From positions 56,668,001 to 56,732,000 of the forward strand of contig CM059442.1 of the NCBI GenBank assembly GCA_030390025.1: a stretch of DNA of 64,000 nt, in the 5' to 3' direction. The stretch is from Squalus acanthias. Lineage: Eukaryota. The position numbers and the translations under genes are program-made. The notes under the pieces were generated by a model. The model saw nothing but the letters and a program-made list of their open reading frames with translations, made no database searches and was not told where the DNA came from. Below are positions 10,844-24,327 of this stretch, piece after piece (the first letter of the stretch is position 1; every line of letters begins with the position of its first letter).

Positions 10844-13800
10844 CGTACTTTATAATCAAATCCCGATCAACCCCCATCCACGGCCACCAAAGATCTTTAA
10901 ATCCCATTATATCAAAGAGAGTTGTAATAAGGTCCCAAGTCTCCAGTATTTATAGAAAGCCTTTACTTCAAGCCTCAATGTTATACAACACGATATCGTC
11001 TCGTTTATTCCCATATTTTCACTTTCTAATGATGGGCAGGGAGAGTTTTATGATGACTCTCCAATCCAGTATTGATATTCCGAAACAAACACCCTTTGCA
11101 TTCGGTCTAACAATTGTATTAAGTATATTGCCCTGGAATCTGATGTCACCAGGTTTCAGGTCACGGCTAATCCCTAATTATTTTTGCACATTTTTTCATG
11201 GTGTGTTATTCAGATGAAAATACTGTAGTTAAATAATAAGCCGATTTGCGTTCGATCCTTTGGGTCAAAATCAGATTAGATGTTTCATATAAGCAGTAAC
11301 AGCATCAATTTCTGTTATTTACACTGGAACTGTCAATTCGATACTCATATTACTGGGATGGTCTATAGACTTTATGTCAAGTACTGGTTAAAATCAGGGT
11401 GCAGACTAATTCACCACAGTCTCCACCTCTCCCTCCCCTTGGCTATCTGTGATTGCCTTTGCTGTCTAAATAAATTAGTTATTGACTTTTTAAAACACAT
11501 TTAAATGTAGAGAATCTAAGATAGTATATTCAATGTCTGAAATGTGATTGTAACTTTACTACTTAGGAGATCTAGTAAATGAAATACAAATAGAACGGCG
11601 ATCAGAGCAGCAATGGGCAAGCAACGCCTAACAAAAATCAGACAGAATTGCCATGGTATTATTTTTCTATATAATATATACCCATGGACATACAACCCCC
11701 ATTCCAATAAAGAGAATAATCCGCTCGCTACTAAATGTGTGTGGGGTGGGGGGGGGGGTGGTTCTGCTCATGAATATTTGTTCAGTAAGTCACCCCAAAT
11801 AGTGGTTATACACGCTCTGTAACACAAGCCGTGAGTCTATATTTACTGGAACTGGGTGCTATCTTTTCCTGAAATCGTTTATAATGGGGGGGGGGGGGGG
11901 GGGGGGGAGAGAGAGATTTGCAGCCATTTAAAAAAATCAAAAGAAGAGTTAATTAATCAAACCCACAAGAAAAAAAATATTTATAAGCGTTCCACATACT
12001 TGCCTGCTGACTTGAATTCTCCACACCTTCAATTTACCTTTTATGGGATTAATTTAAATATAGATCGATTTCCGTGACATCAAAAGACCGAGGATCACCT
12101 CGGGTCACCGGTGTCAGCGCCATGTTGGCCTTCGGTATATATGTGGATATTAAGTACAATTTAAATGGATTACCAGGTAACTGGACTAATGTAGGCAAAC
12201 TGTAGTGGTGCTGGAGGGAACAAGTGATAAATGCAGTATTGTAAAGTTTGAGTGAGCAACTGTCGTTGTGTCGTAAATACTGGCCGCATTTGTCTCTATA
12301 GTGTTGTAATCTGCGCATTAGGAATCACACACTCCAGTCTATATACTGTACACATAAAAGAATGGCATTCTAACTGTTAGAAGGTGCTTCTGCAGGCTGC
12401 AAGCAGCAATGGGGGCGGGCGGGCTGGCTAGACACACCAGACAGAGATGTGCTTCTGCTCGTTTAGTAAATAGATTCTCTGTAGACTCGGCTGTGTTTTG
12501 CTTATAATCAAAATGTAAAAAAAAGAAGATAATCGATGTTGTACCGCTGAATGTGTTCTGCCGCAAAGTCGCGACATTTACCAGATATATAAAACCAGGA
12601 GAAAGGGGCTTGAGGAGGTGATTCTGGGCTATAAAAGTCGGTAAAGCGTTAAAACGAATCTCATAATAAGAAAAGCGAGCAAAGATGAAGAGTGGAGATA
12701 CGATCGCCTTTCTTGCTCCAGTCGCTTTCTATGTGTGAATGATCTGACTTGGACTGATCTGGTGCCTTGTACCATCCCCCTTTCTCTCTTTATCCCCTCT
12801 TTTACTTTTTCTATACCGTTCAATTACTCTCTCTCTCCCTGTTCTCATTTTAATTCCCCCACACCATTCATTCCCTAGAGCCGGTTGATACCGTCTCCTA
12901 TCTCGTTATCTTTCTCTCTCTCGCTCTCTCTATCCTTCTCTTTCTTTCTCTCCTCACTCAGTTTTTGCTTCTCCCACATGATTCATTCCCAGGGAGCAGC
13001 TGATACCGGACAGTCATTAGTAAACAGATGAGGCGCAGTTTTGTAGCAGCATGCAACGCTCCTTTTATCCCTTGCAATAAATCAAAGGCTTGCAGACAGA
13101 GACAGCGTGGAGAAAATAATAAATACACAAGAATTTGCGTTTGCTGTTTTTTTCTGTCACGTTGCAACTTTACCAGTCTGGACCATTTCAAAATCCATGC
13201 ATTATTGATCACTTTGTGTAACACCGCTTTGGGTTACAATACTAGTTTAAGGTTTTTTTGGAAGAGAACTAAAAATTATTATACGCACCATTGTTTAGTG
13301 CTCATTATTTTGACAGAAGATTTAAAAAAAGATTATATTGGTCGCTCGCACACTTGCTGAGGGTTAATATTGTTTAGTGCAGTGTAATATAAGTATACTG
13401 CTGTCTCAGACAGGTTCTCCTCCCAATATCTTGGGAAACAGTCTATCGGATCAGTCACTCCTCCATATATCTTCAAGTCTATAAATGACCGTGGTGTTTA
13501 AAGAAAGTATCTGGACGCCTGGGGATTTGGCTGTGGATGTTGTGACTATGTAGAATGCGCCCACACTTAAAAGCTATTGCGCCCATAGTTCCCAACAATC
13601 TACTTTGTCAATTTCGTGTCAGTTTCTCAAGCTTCCGAATCAACCAGTGGCTCCCACTGAAATGTACCAATTTACTGTCGGCTCCATAGCTGCTGCGGTA
13701 ACATGCAAATTACCCTAAAAAAAACATAAATGCTATACTGGATGAAATGATCACAGGCATTTAAATACACAAGGGACAATATGCCGTTTGTTAGATTTCG

Positions 13801-16800
13801 ATGTGGAAGGCTGGGGATTTTTTAAAGGAACAAGCACACAAAGAGAACCTCTTTAAATCTAAAGGGAGACATAGAAGAGACCCTGTACTGTGAATATAAA
13901 ATGCTTACAGTGGGTAATAAGGTTTACGCCTGCAATGTTCTAACAAGCCCTATAACTCAAGTCAGGATTTGCACTGGGGGCAGGCACTGGGAAAGCTCTG
14001 CTGTCCAGCATTCTCCGTCAATTAACAAGAAGCTCTTTTATAGGAAGCCGGGGGCTCTAAAAGAGCTTGTTTGCTTTCCGATTTCAGAGGCCGGCTCGCC
14101 TTTCCAATGATGGAGCGAAGCATGTGGCGTAAAATTCGCCCTTAGCCAGGTCCCTTCCTCGCCCGGATCAGGGTGCATGCAGATCCGAGGGCGCTTGTGT
14201 TCAAGATTAGACTCCCCCCCCCCCTCCCACCCGCCACCCCACCCTCCGAACCACCTCAATTTTTTATTGTTTGTGAATCGCTCCTTCCCCGTTGTCGAGT
14301 GGGATGCTGTTCTGAGAACAAGCTGATTTATGGTGCTGGGGGTAACGGGTGTTCTCAGTATCCGACAGCTGCTACATCGCTACCCTAACACAGAGAAGGC
14401 AGACGAGAAGAGTCTAAAGAAAGTAAAGGTGTAGAAGAGAAGTGGAAGCTACAGTATTGTACAAGGAACCCAATGCTGGTAACTTGCAACCATCTGACAT
14501 AACTAATATAGACCATTGACTATTTATTTGATAGAACATGTTTTGGGGTGCGTTTAAAGTGCTCGCCAGTATGATGGTAGAATGGAAGTTTCGTATTGGA
14601 GTTACAACATGAATTTAACGGGGGGGGGGGGGCTGCTTGGGGTTGAGTTCTGTTAACGATAGACGGGGGTTGGGGGGGGGGGGGTGCGGTTGAAATTGAA
14701 ATGCCAGCAACTGACCAGATCCGAACACTTTCTGAGGGCTTTTGTAACAATTTTACACCAGGTCCAGAAATAATACCCGGGCAGACCTGTAATTCACGAG
14801 TGTTTGTCAGGGTACACTAGAAACAGGCGCCAGGCGATGCTTCGTCCGCGGGTGTTCGGTTGCGTTTTAGCATTTAGGCTTTCTTAGTGCACATGTTTGT
14901 CAAAACGAGTTAAAATGTATTGGCGAGTTGCTCAATCATTATACAAACCCCCCTGTCTCCCAGGACAGGCCGAAGCCCAGTACAGCTCTCAACTTGTAAT
15001 TTTATGTTATAGTCAAACGTAATAGGAAAGAAATGTGTATTCTAAACTGTTTTCAGTGCCTTATGTTTCTATTTACATAGCATTCCGTAAGGGCTTCGGT
15101 CATTATAAAGAAATGTAATTAAAAGATGGGGGGTGGGGGGGGCGGGGAGAGCTTTTCCTAGAGAAACCGATGGCTTTTTACACCAGCAAAAACTATAGCC
15201 AAATAACGATATATTTGCGATGCTTGTAGTTACGACATATAGTCCAATGAACGAGCTATCGTTACCCTGCAATGTTGGGAAACATGCGGTACAACATATA
15301 AAAACTGCTGGTGGAATTTGTGCTGAGGTGTTTAAGAAACTTTGCATAAACTCACAGTGACAGGTATAACAATAACGGGGCAATGGTTTTGGGAAATGTC
15401 GGTTAAAGAAAGGGGTGTTTATTTTTTGAACCAGGTGACATATCTGCCAACTCTTCAAGTGATGTCTGGTCGACTGATTTCGGTGGCTTCCTAACTTTCA
15501 CCAGTGGCGATCACTAACACGGGAATATCAGGGTATAGGCGTTGAATCGCATTTCCCTATTGATCAGAGGCTGTTGTCCATCTCCTGGAAAGACCAGTTT
15601 AATCTCGTGGCGGAAATGAATGTTTTCATTCCCAAAAGCCTGCTCTCAAATCCCCTCTAATCTTTATCCTCAGGCTCACCCCCCCCCCCCATTATTTTTT
15701 TTGCAACAAAAAAAGGTTTTGGAAATCCAGATTTAAGGCGGAATTATACAAATAATTGTGTCTGATGTTCGGTGCCAAAACAACTCGCTGCGCAGACAAA
15801 GTAGCCCATAGGTACCCTTCAGTGAGGCCTATTTTCACTAAAAGGAATCGCTAAGTAATCACACTGTACTGGAGCCAGTCTGCTGTGAAATTCGGATCTC
15901 AGATGAAATAGCAGCCGTAAGCAGCATGCATTTTGTTCATCTCGCTGTTTATTTGACTTCACTGGCACAGCGCAGAACACAAAGGTGATTCAAGAAGATA
16001 TATCAGCGGCCGAGGGCACATTTTTAACGACTGATTGACTTCGTTGTCTTGTATCGGTCCAGTGCCGCTCTAATCTAAGGTGCGGACGCCCTGATCTCGG
16101 TGCTTTCGGTTACCAGAAGTGTAGTGTTGGGTTGGCCCAACATGAATGTCGCTGCTAAAAACTCTCTTGGATAGAATTCCCCTTCGAGACACCGCTTCTT
16201 ACATTGGACTTTGAGAGATATCTTTTATTGATATAAATACACATGTAATTGTACCGGAAGGGAAGGTTCCTTAACTTGACATGTCCCTCTTACATCAAAT
16301 AGAGTTCACAGTTCTAAAGTCCTTCTGGTAAACGGTTTAAGTGCATTCGTGGAGAATGAAGTTGCATTGCATGACAGCCCGCTCCAGTTTAGTTCCTTAC
16401 TGCAGATGGTTTTTAAAAAAGGCTTAAGTGCCGCTTAGTGTAGCCCATACCACTTGGAGCTAAGGTGAGCACTGCAGACGCCTCCCCGTAATACAAGCGT
16501 GTTGTTATATTCCGTGTGGCGATTCTTTTTAGAATGTGTATTTATGACTTGAGAACATGATTTCGATTTAGGTAATATTACAGAATCAGTCGAGATCCCC
16601 TGCCTCATTCCAGAGAACGCACACGCGATGCGCCACCGTAACCAAGTCAATGTGCCAAAGATCAAACGTTGGACTTTTTTCTGCTATTATCACTGACACG
16701 CTGTAAATGTGTTCCATATCCTCCTCGATAGATCGGTAAAACAAATCTAACGCGCTCACGCCAGAATCGGTGTCAGCTCTCGCACGTGTTCTTTAAATAG

Positions 16801-19800
16801 CTTTTAAAAAAAAACTCGCAATGAAATGTTGAAAGCTATATGTGCCAGAGTCCCCGGTATCTTAGTTTAATGTTAGCGCACATTGCTGTATGTAAAATAT
16901 ATCTATAAGTGGTTTAAGATGAAGCGGTCTTTATCTGGTATTTGGCCCCGGGCTCTAAAGTGGAAAAGTTGAGGAAAGTTTGCGAAGGCAGTCACTCCGC
17001 CCCCCCCCCCCCCCACCCCCACCCCCCGCACCATTAGCTGTAACCGAGGTTACAGAAAACGGCTAAACAAGATACATCAAGAATTGTGTCAAAGGCTGAT
17101 TTGTTGGCCGCTGAATCATTTCATTATCTCAATGCGCCGCTTCGTTTTATTGACTCAAAAGAAGTAAGGCTTGAAAACACGCCTCGTTTTGTCAACCCCT
17201 CCCCCTGTAGTTGAATGTGAAAGGACCCGCACAATAGCATCCTTATCTACAGATACCCTCAACCAGTTCTCTCCGGTTGCAGTGCGGGCTGGAGATAGGC
17301 TGGTATCGCTGTGTAACAGAAAGTAACGTGCACCGTGCTGTACGATGTGGTCATCTTGCAACGCACGACTTAGCATAACGGCAGTAAGTTTACCAGAAGT
17401 GTAAGACAAACCTCGCAACAGTCAAGTCGCCTGTGTGTTTTTGCTGTGTGTCCTGGATTGATGCCGGCGCGTTTTCACATTGCAAGTAATACGGGGCAAG
17501 CAGCTGGTTGATTAATGTGGAGCAACATTAAGTTGAGTCGTGTTAGATTTATCTTAGCAACCGAGCACGCACATTCTATTTATAATTCGCTCTTTCCCTC
17601 TCCCGAATATGCTGAAGGATGCAAGCACGCGGTTCCTGTTTTAATTCAGATCGATTGTACAGGGCCTAGACGGTGACAAATAGATGGGTTAAAAAAAAGC
17701 AACGCCCTGACATAATTTACTGTGGTCAGTCCGGTGAGATTTATTGCCACATTGCACCTCTGATCTCGAGCTTTGCAATGCAAATATCCGGGGAAATTAA
17801 CTGATCTGAATCAATGAGCGCACACACACACACACACACACACGGAGAAAATATTACCTTTACCTTGGCAAATATAAACGGTGCAAAGTAGACATTATCG
17901 ATTGCAACCCAAGGTTACTGAATAGATAGATAATCAGACACACCCCTCCCCTTCTCTCTCTCACACACACATATTCACAATCGCGTTGTATCTTGGTGCA
18001 AAGTTCATGTAGATTTTGCTTTCCTGAACTCGGCTTTCACTCCTCAACACAAAAGCGCATTTTCAGAAATAAAGGATAAAGTGGTTGGTCACAAAAATTA
18101 TGGTTGCATTTAAAAAAGGCGAGTGGTACCACTGGAAGTTGTGGCAGTTGAAATTCGGAATCCAGGACTGACTGAGCAGGAGGACATCTCTCGCTGCATG
18201 TGTGTGTGTGTGTCCAATGCAGATCCCCATTCAAAGCCTTTCGCTAGAATGCCTATTATAGAGCCTCACAGATTCCCTTCCACAGCAGATTACAGTTAGA
18301 GACATTATCAAAGGCTGCGTTGATTGACACATGGAGACCTTAAGCAGCACACCAAGGACGTGAGGTTCTTTGAAATATCCTTTCAACTTTGAAAGTCTTA
18401 CCACATCCATTTTCGTATTTTTACAGTTTTAATACAACGTGCATTGCAGTGACAGATTGCCTCCTTTGCAGCAACGTCTGTAGTTGTTCCCACGCGACTG
18501 GGTTTTTAAAAAAAAAGGAATTATCATTCAAGCACAAACTAAATGAAGGTGTCTTTAATTTCTGGTTATATAAACGTGCTTGAATAGACTGACGAGAAGG
18601 AGAATGCTACTTGTTTTCACAGACCGCGAATTTTAACAGCGGGAATGTAATAGCTTATAGCCAAACGACACCCTGCTCCCGAAAATAAAACCTACACAAC
18701 AGTTTTTAACTTGTTCCTCAAAACCGCCACACTTCTACAAATTACTGACCTCGAGAAAAACGAGAGCGAGATTTTAAAAGACATTTTTTTTTCTCAAGAA
18801 AACAAATGTCTTGAGAGAGAGAAAAAAAAATACAATTTCAGATCCCCGCCCATCAGCCAAACCCGTGCCCGCTGCTAAAATTCTGCTAGAAATATGGCCC
18901 TCGCCCCATCAATGAAATGGATGTCTGGTATGCAATGAACCGACTGACTCCCATGAAATGTCTTCCACGATGTTTTATAGCAGGTATCACCTACTCGAGT
19001 CACATCAAGCAACCATTCTATTAGTACAATATATTGGATTTGAGTTCGGCTCCTTATGGGCAATATCCTAGGAGTCATTGGCTCTGTTTACACAAGGCTT
19101 TTCGAAGTGACATGGCTATATCACCTTAATAGAAGATTTTAGGTCCATATTAATTCATCCTTTTATTTATTTATATTGGCTTTGCCTGGCTGGCGCCAAG
19201 GACACTGACGTTAGTCTAGTTTGAAAGTCACTTTTTTTTGTTTTTTCTTAAAAAAAAGGAAAAATACCCGTGCATAGTATTTAATTTTATATTGCACCCT
19301 AATTTGATACACAATTTGTCAAAGTGTAGATGTTTTCGACTTCAAAACGTTTAATCTCCGGTTTAAAGCTGCAGCGCCCCTTTTCCATCTGCAGTCTTGT
19401 CGCTTTCATATAAATTCAAAAATCAATCAACTAACTAATGATCTATACACGGGCTGTCAGTAACTACACTGCTGTGATACAATGTAACTACATCTCACAA
19501 CGTTCCAGATGAAATAATAACAGAAACTCAAAGCAAAAAGAACCCCATACCAACTCCTTTTTTGTGTGGATTTTTAATACACATTTTGTAGGATCTCCGT
19601 ACAAAGCTCCTGATGATAGCTCCCCCCGACTATGAATGAAAGCCTGTCAATGACATAGTTGATTCAAAAGAACTAGTTCGCGGTGCAAAATGTACAATTT
19701 GCAGCTAATCCACAAAGAGCTCCCCCCACCCCCCGCAACCCCCCACCATCCCACTAAAAAATCGAAGGTTTAAACATTTTTCATGTTAGAACCAGGACGT

Positions 19801-20609
19801 CCCGTCTTCAACACGATCAGAAATGTCCATTTGAGTGAGGCCTTTGGGAGCAGAAAGCTATTTGTCTGAAATCCAATGTCCTCAGTTCTCCCTCTTGTTT
19901 GGTGGCTCAGTTCAGCTTTTGAAGGGGGTCTCCAGGACAAAGACGGTTGGTGAGGGTGGGGAGAGAGGGAGGGTGGGGAGAGAGAGCCCCTTTCATTTCA
20001 TCTACTGCTAGCGCTTCATTCCGAGATAAGCGTTCAGCGAAGTCTCTGCATCCACCCCCACCCCCAATGTAATTATACTAAAGGCGCGTTGAAGAACTGG
20101 AGAATGTGGGGCCCTCGCACTCGCAGCTTCTCTTCCAAATATTGTTCCAATGGCGATAATCCTCTAAACAGCTTTTTTTTTAGGGTGGGGGGAAGTCACT
20201 GAGTTTCGACTATCGGCCCACCCTGTTTTCCAACACTTTCTATCCCAGCTCAATCTTATGTTATCAAATCTTTGCCAAGCAACGTCTTTGAATTTGCATG
20301 CAGGGCGGTTTTTTTTAGGGGGGGGGGGAGGTGTGATTGTGTTTCATTTTTTAAAAAAAGTCTATTTAAAAGCGAAAGCTATTTGTGGGACGTTTAACGT
20401 AGAGAAATGGAATGCATTGTGTAAACTGGGAGAAGGGTGAGAGTTGGGGTGGGTTTCCCCCCTCCCCCCGATCTTTCTAACTCCAGCTCCTTGCCACGTG
20501 TTATTAATGTCTGCCAGGGAAACAGGGAATACATTTGCCAGCAAACTGTAACCCGCCATCGAAGGCTTGTCACGTAAGCAATGCTATCTACCGTGGCTTC
20601 GGTTTGCAA

Positions 20610-20641
<32 letters not shown>

Positions 20642-21879
20642 GCAAGAAAAATTGCCTTTAACTCAAGGGCGAACTCCCAACTAAAGCGCTGTAATGGAAA
20701 GCATATAGCACCATATAGTGCAGTAACCTTGCAGGCTGCAGTGTGCCCTTCATTACCCATTCCGCAAACATGGCTCCCGAACCATCGAGCATATTATTAT
20801 TTTTTTATATATTAAAAAGATGAAATCACACGGCTACAGTTATATGTCATCGATACCGATGACGCACTTAAGAGTTCAATTGCAGGATCAGATAGATATA
20901 CACGGCCGTAATCTCGATTACTGAACAGAAATATAAAAGTTTTCAACAAAAAAAAACCAAATTACAATCGCCCTTTGTCGATTTAAGGCCGTTAAAACAC
21001 ACAAAGGCGCATGCACATCTACAAGCGCGTTATTAACCGGATGATTTATTGTTATACATACCTAATCACATTACAGCTTCTGTTGCATCCGAGTGTATAA
21101 AACAATGAGTCACACACTGAACAAAACCAGGCAAAGGGAAAAAAAACACACGGCGTGCTAAACGTAACCAATTGTCTTAAGATTCCTTGATACACACACA
21201 CACACACAAATAATCCACGGAGCTGGCGTTGCATTTAATTACAAGCTGATGGGATGCAATACATTGATTTCCCCCCCCCCCCCTACATTTTAAAACATAA
21301 GCAACGTTTTTCCATTAGAAGAGAAAGGAAGGGGGGGGGGAAATAAGTTGGAAGGAAGCTGTCAGTCATTACTGCTCCATTGATCATTCACAATCTTCTG
21401 CATTCTCTGCCGCTGCCATCAGTCACTCCGCATTAATTATCCCTCCCCTCCCCCTCTCTGCGCGTCTCTCTCCCTCTCTCTCTCTTTCGCTTTCTTTCTC
21501 GATCCTGTCGCCAATTTTGAGACAAATGCAACGTTGATGAGTCCTCCAGAAGTTGCGTTTCTTTCATTCGGAGACGCGATTGTGCCTGGGAGATATTCAG
21601 ATGAGCTCTTCCAAACATTCAGGCGGTTGTTCCCCTGGCGCTGGGGGAGCTCATTACTATTTTAGTCCCTTTCCTTGTCTTGGGGAACTTGAGGAACTTG
21701 AAACCGCCTGACATTAAAAAAAGCATGGCGGGGCTGGAGTAGATGGGGAACTTGAAACTCCTCTCGCAAGATTCTTATTACTATTTCGATCATTCAGGAG
21801 GGAATGGGGAGTCTGGAAACGGTGCCATTCGGAGTACTATTGTAATCGCTCAATGCCGTACAAAGGATCGCCTTGAAAC

Positions 21880-22030
21880 CTCCCGGACACTCTAATTGGT
21901 TTTTCAGGGACGTCGCGAGGGGGAGCTGGCCCCGGGCCAATCAGAGGCGTGTTTACATTGATTGATTGACAACTACTCCGGCCAATGGGAGGCTTATTGA
22001 CACGGGATGATTGACAGGAGGCAGGCCCCT
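21880..22030 (+). promoter_or_regulatory. TATA-less promoter with NF-Y CCAAT boxes and PBX-PREP/MEIS motifs
   Basis: ATTGG 21895, GGCCAATCAG (CCAAT 21937), CCAAT 21982, TGATTGAC 21963, TGATTGACAG 22008-22017, TGTTTAC 21950, TCGCGA 21913. CpG-rich and ~2 kb upstream of the first coding exon. Confidence 0.75.
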
Positions 22031-22222
22031 GGCGAAACAATGTGTGCTTCATTGCAAAAAGAGAGTTTTGGAAGACTGGCTAGAGTTGAAAGAGGTTTTT
22101 TTTTGTATTTTGTTTTCTGTATGGCGCTTCCACAATCTGCGTTCACCTATAGCCTGGACTCTTAAAAAAAAACCTAGGGGGGAAGAAAAAATCTACTTAG
22201 CCTGTCTGAAACGTCCATAAAC
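22030..22222 (+). other. TNRC18: Probable non-coding exon 1 of TNRC18 (TSS approximate)
   Basis: Lies just downstream of the CCAAT cluster and ends at donor AAC|GTGAGT (22223). An alternative donor AAG|GTAGGG is at 22668. Confidence 0.5.
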
Positions 22223-23994
22223 GTGAGTAAAGTTTTTTTTTGCACCTAACATACTCAGAGCTCTAACTATTGCACAGTCAACCGTGTTTGTAAGATGTGA
22301 AGTAATGGGAAGGCGCGCCAAGCGTGAAAAACACTATTCTGGGCGCAATCGCACAAGTTTTGGTTGGGAAGTGAGATTCACCAGAACACGAAAGGTTACT
22401 GGAACAGAGGTTGGATTGTTTGTTGTATATATTTTTTTTAATGCTTGCTGTCGAAGAGGCTGTTTTACTCTGTGCTGAAGTTAGACCGGACCTTTTGGAA
22501 CGCAGTGAGCAGATCGGTGCTACTTGCTTCTTTTTTTTTACCCAAGTCCCCACTTTCCTCTTTTTTTTGCTTAAAAATGAAAACAAGTGTAAAATAATCA
22601 AACGTAGACCGCGTGCTGAGCTTTCTGGATTCTGCTGAAATCAGAATAAGTTACATTTTATCCAAAGGTAGGGTAGGGTAGGGGGTGGGGGGTGGATTGC
22701 AGTTGATCAAATGGCTGTTTTTAATTAAAATCAGGATTTAAGCCATTCCATGAAACACTGGCGAAAGCCAGGAAATCAAATCAAGGCTCCTAAAGGATTC
22801 AATTGGCAAATGTGGCGTAGCCTCCTCGACTCAAAAAAAAAATATTTCATTCTATCCGAGGCTGGGTGTTTTTTTTTAAATTAATGTCTGCTTCTTCTTG
22901 CAGTACATTTTGGGGGAGAACTTGCCCGCCTAACTGATGAGTTTTAGGTGTGTTCGGCCGTTGCATGTTTCAGCATGTTTATGCATCGTATATTGGGTGA
23001 GAGCAGTCATTTGTGAATGAACTTGGGATTTTTAGAAGCTGCAACAATACGCATTAATGAGGAGCCGAATCGGTCGATTGTAAGCGAACGAAACGTAGGG
23101 GTTTGAAACGGTTTAATTAGCCGACGAAGGGGGAGAAAATGTTATTTTTTAAAATCAGCCCTCCTGTACACGGCTGCACTGCAGTGAGTAGATCCAAAAA
23201 CATTCGGACCAGAGTTAAGCTCTCACTCCATCTGGACTTCTCCATTAGTGACTCTGATATATTTAATTTGAACATATCGAGCCTGAATTATTATTTTTAA
23301 ACTTTTAAAAGATTAACATTTTGTGTGTAGTGTTTTAAAAATAGTGCTCGGCTTCAGAATGTAATTATTGATGATTTTCTACGGAGAGAGAGGCTTGTGT
23401 TTACATCTGCTGTTTATTTTTCTATAACGGCCAGCTATTGTAGGCAGCTAATTTTTTCAGTATGTGCCAACGCTCCAAGCATATACTCGAGCCTCTAAAG
23501 TTAAGATACAGTCGGGGAGATTACTCTGACCGAAAAATTCCTTATTCTCTTGCTTTGATGCTGGTGAATGAGGTGGGGGTGGGGGGGGGGAAGTATAATT
23601 TCCCTTCAGAATCGTTTTAAAAGCAGCATTTAGGTCTTCAGACTCTCGCTATGTCTGGGGGTAACGTTGTTCCATGAAACGCGAGACAGAATTTGAACTC
23701 GGCGATAAAATAGTAGTCCCACAAAAAGACGGGGGTTTCGGCAGATGTTGAAAACAGTAACGCAAACATATCCTTAAATTGCAATTGTTGTTTTAAGAGG
23801 GAACAAGGAAATGGGAAATGTTTTGAGTTTAATGTGAAGCATAAATTGGGTTTTGCCTCAGCTCCTTAAACTAATAACCGCTATATTTTATTATGAATTT
23901 GAGTTCATGTAGACGAGTAGAAGAGGAAGAATTAATATTAATTTTTAATTGGACTAAATATATTGAAGCCATGTTTCTCTTCTCTCTTGCACAG

Positions 23995-24125
23995 ATGCCG
24001 CTCAGAATGCCTCAGAGAAAGCCTGATAACACGTTTGTAAATCTTGGGACTGTCTAAAGTAGCCTGAATTAAACAGGAGGGATTTGTTCAGAAACCCAAG
24101 TAGCAAGGATTCGCACTGACCGATT
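23995..24125 (+). other. TNRC18: 5' UTR portion of TNRC18 exon 2
   Basis: Polypyrimidine tract and acceptor tttctcttctctcttgcacAG ending at 23994, 131 nt upstream of the ATG. Confidence 0.75.
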
Positions 24126-24327
24126 ATGGATGGCAGAGATTTCGGCCACCACCGGACTGTTCACGTCCCGTCTCCTCTGCTCACCGGGCTGGCCATGGAG
24201 GCGCACAGGGTCGGCGCGCCAGCCGGCAGGATAGCTCCCTCGGCCGGCCACATGAGCTCGGCGCTCGGCTCTCACCTCCCCCCGGGCAAGTACCTCTCCT
24301 CCCCGGTCTCGGTGCACGGGCACTCGG
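24126..24327 (+). CDS. TNRC18: TNRC18 (BAH-domain chromatin reader, BAHCC1 paralog), first coding exon, 67 codons + 1 nt
   Basis: Translation MDGRDFGHHRTVHVPSPLLTGLAMEAHRVGAPAGRIAPSAGHMSSALGSHLPPGKYLSSPVSVHGHSG matches the TNRC18 N-terminus as I recall it (MDGRDFG..RSVH.P.PLL.GLAM..HRVGA...PPGKY...H.G) better than BAHCC1. Kozak attATGg. Donor G|GTAAGT at 24328. Local GC/CpG rise is confined to the exon. Confidence 0.9.

Noticed and set aside
24126-24327. Assignment as BAHCC1
   Set aside because: It shares MDGRDF and PGKY, but the intervening R.VH.P.PLL.GLAM..HRVG is TNRC18-type as I recall it. Reciprocal BLAST would settle it.
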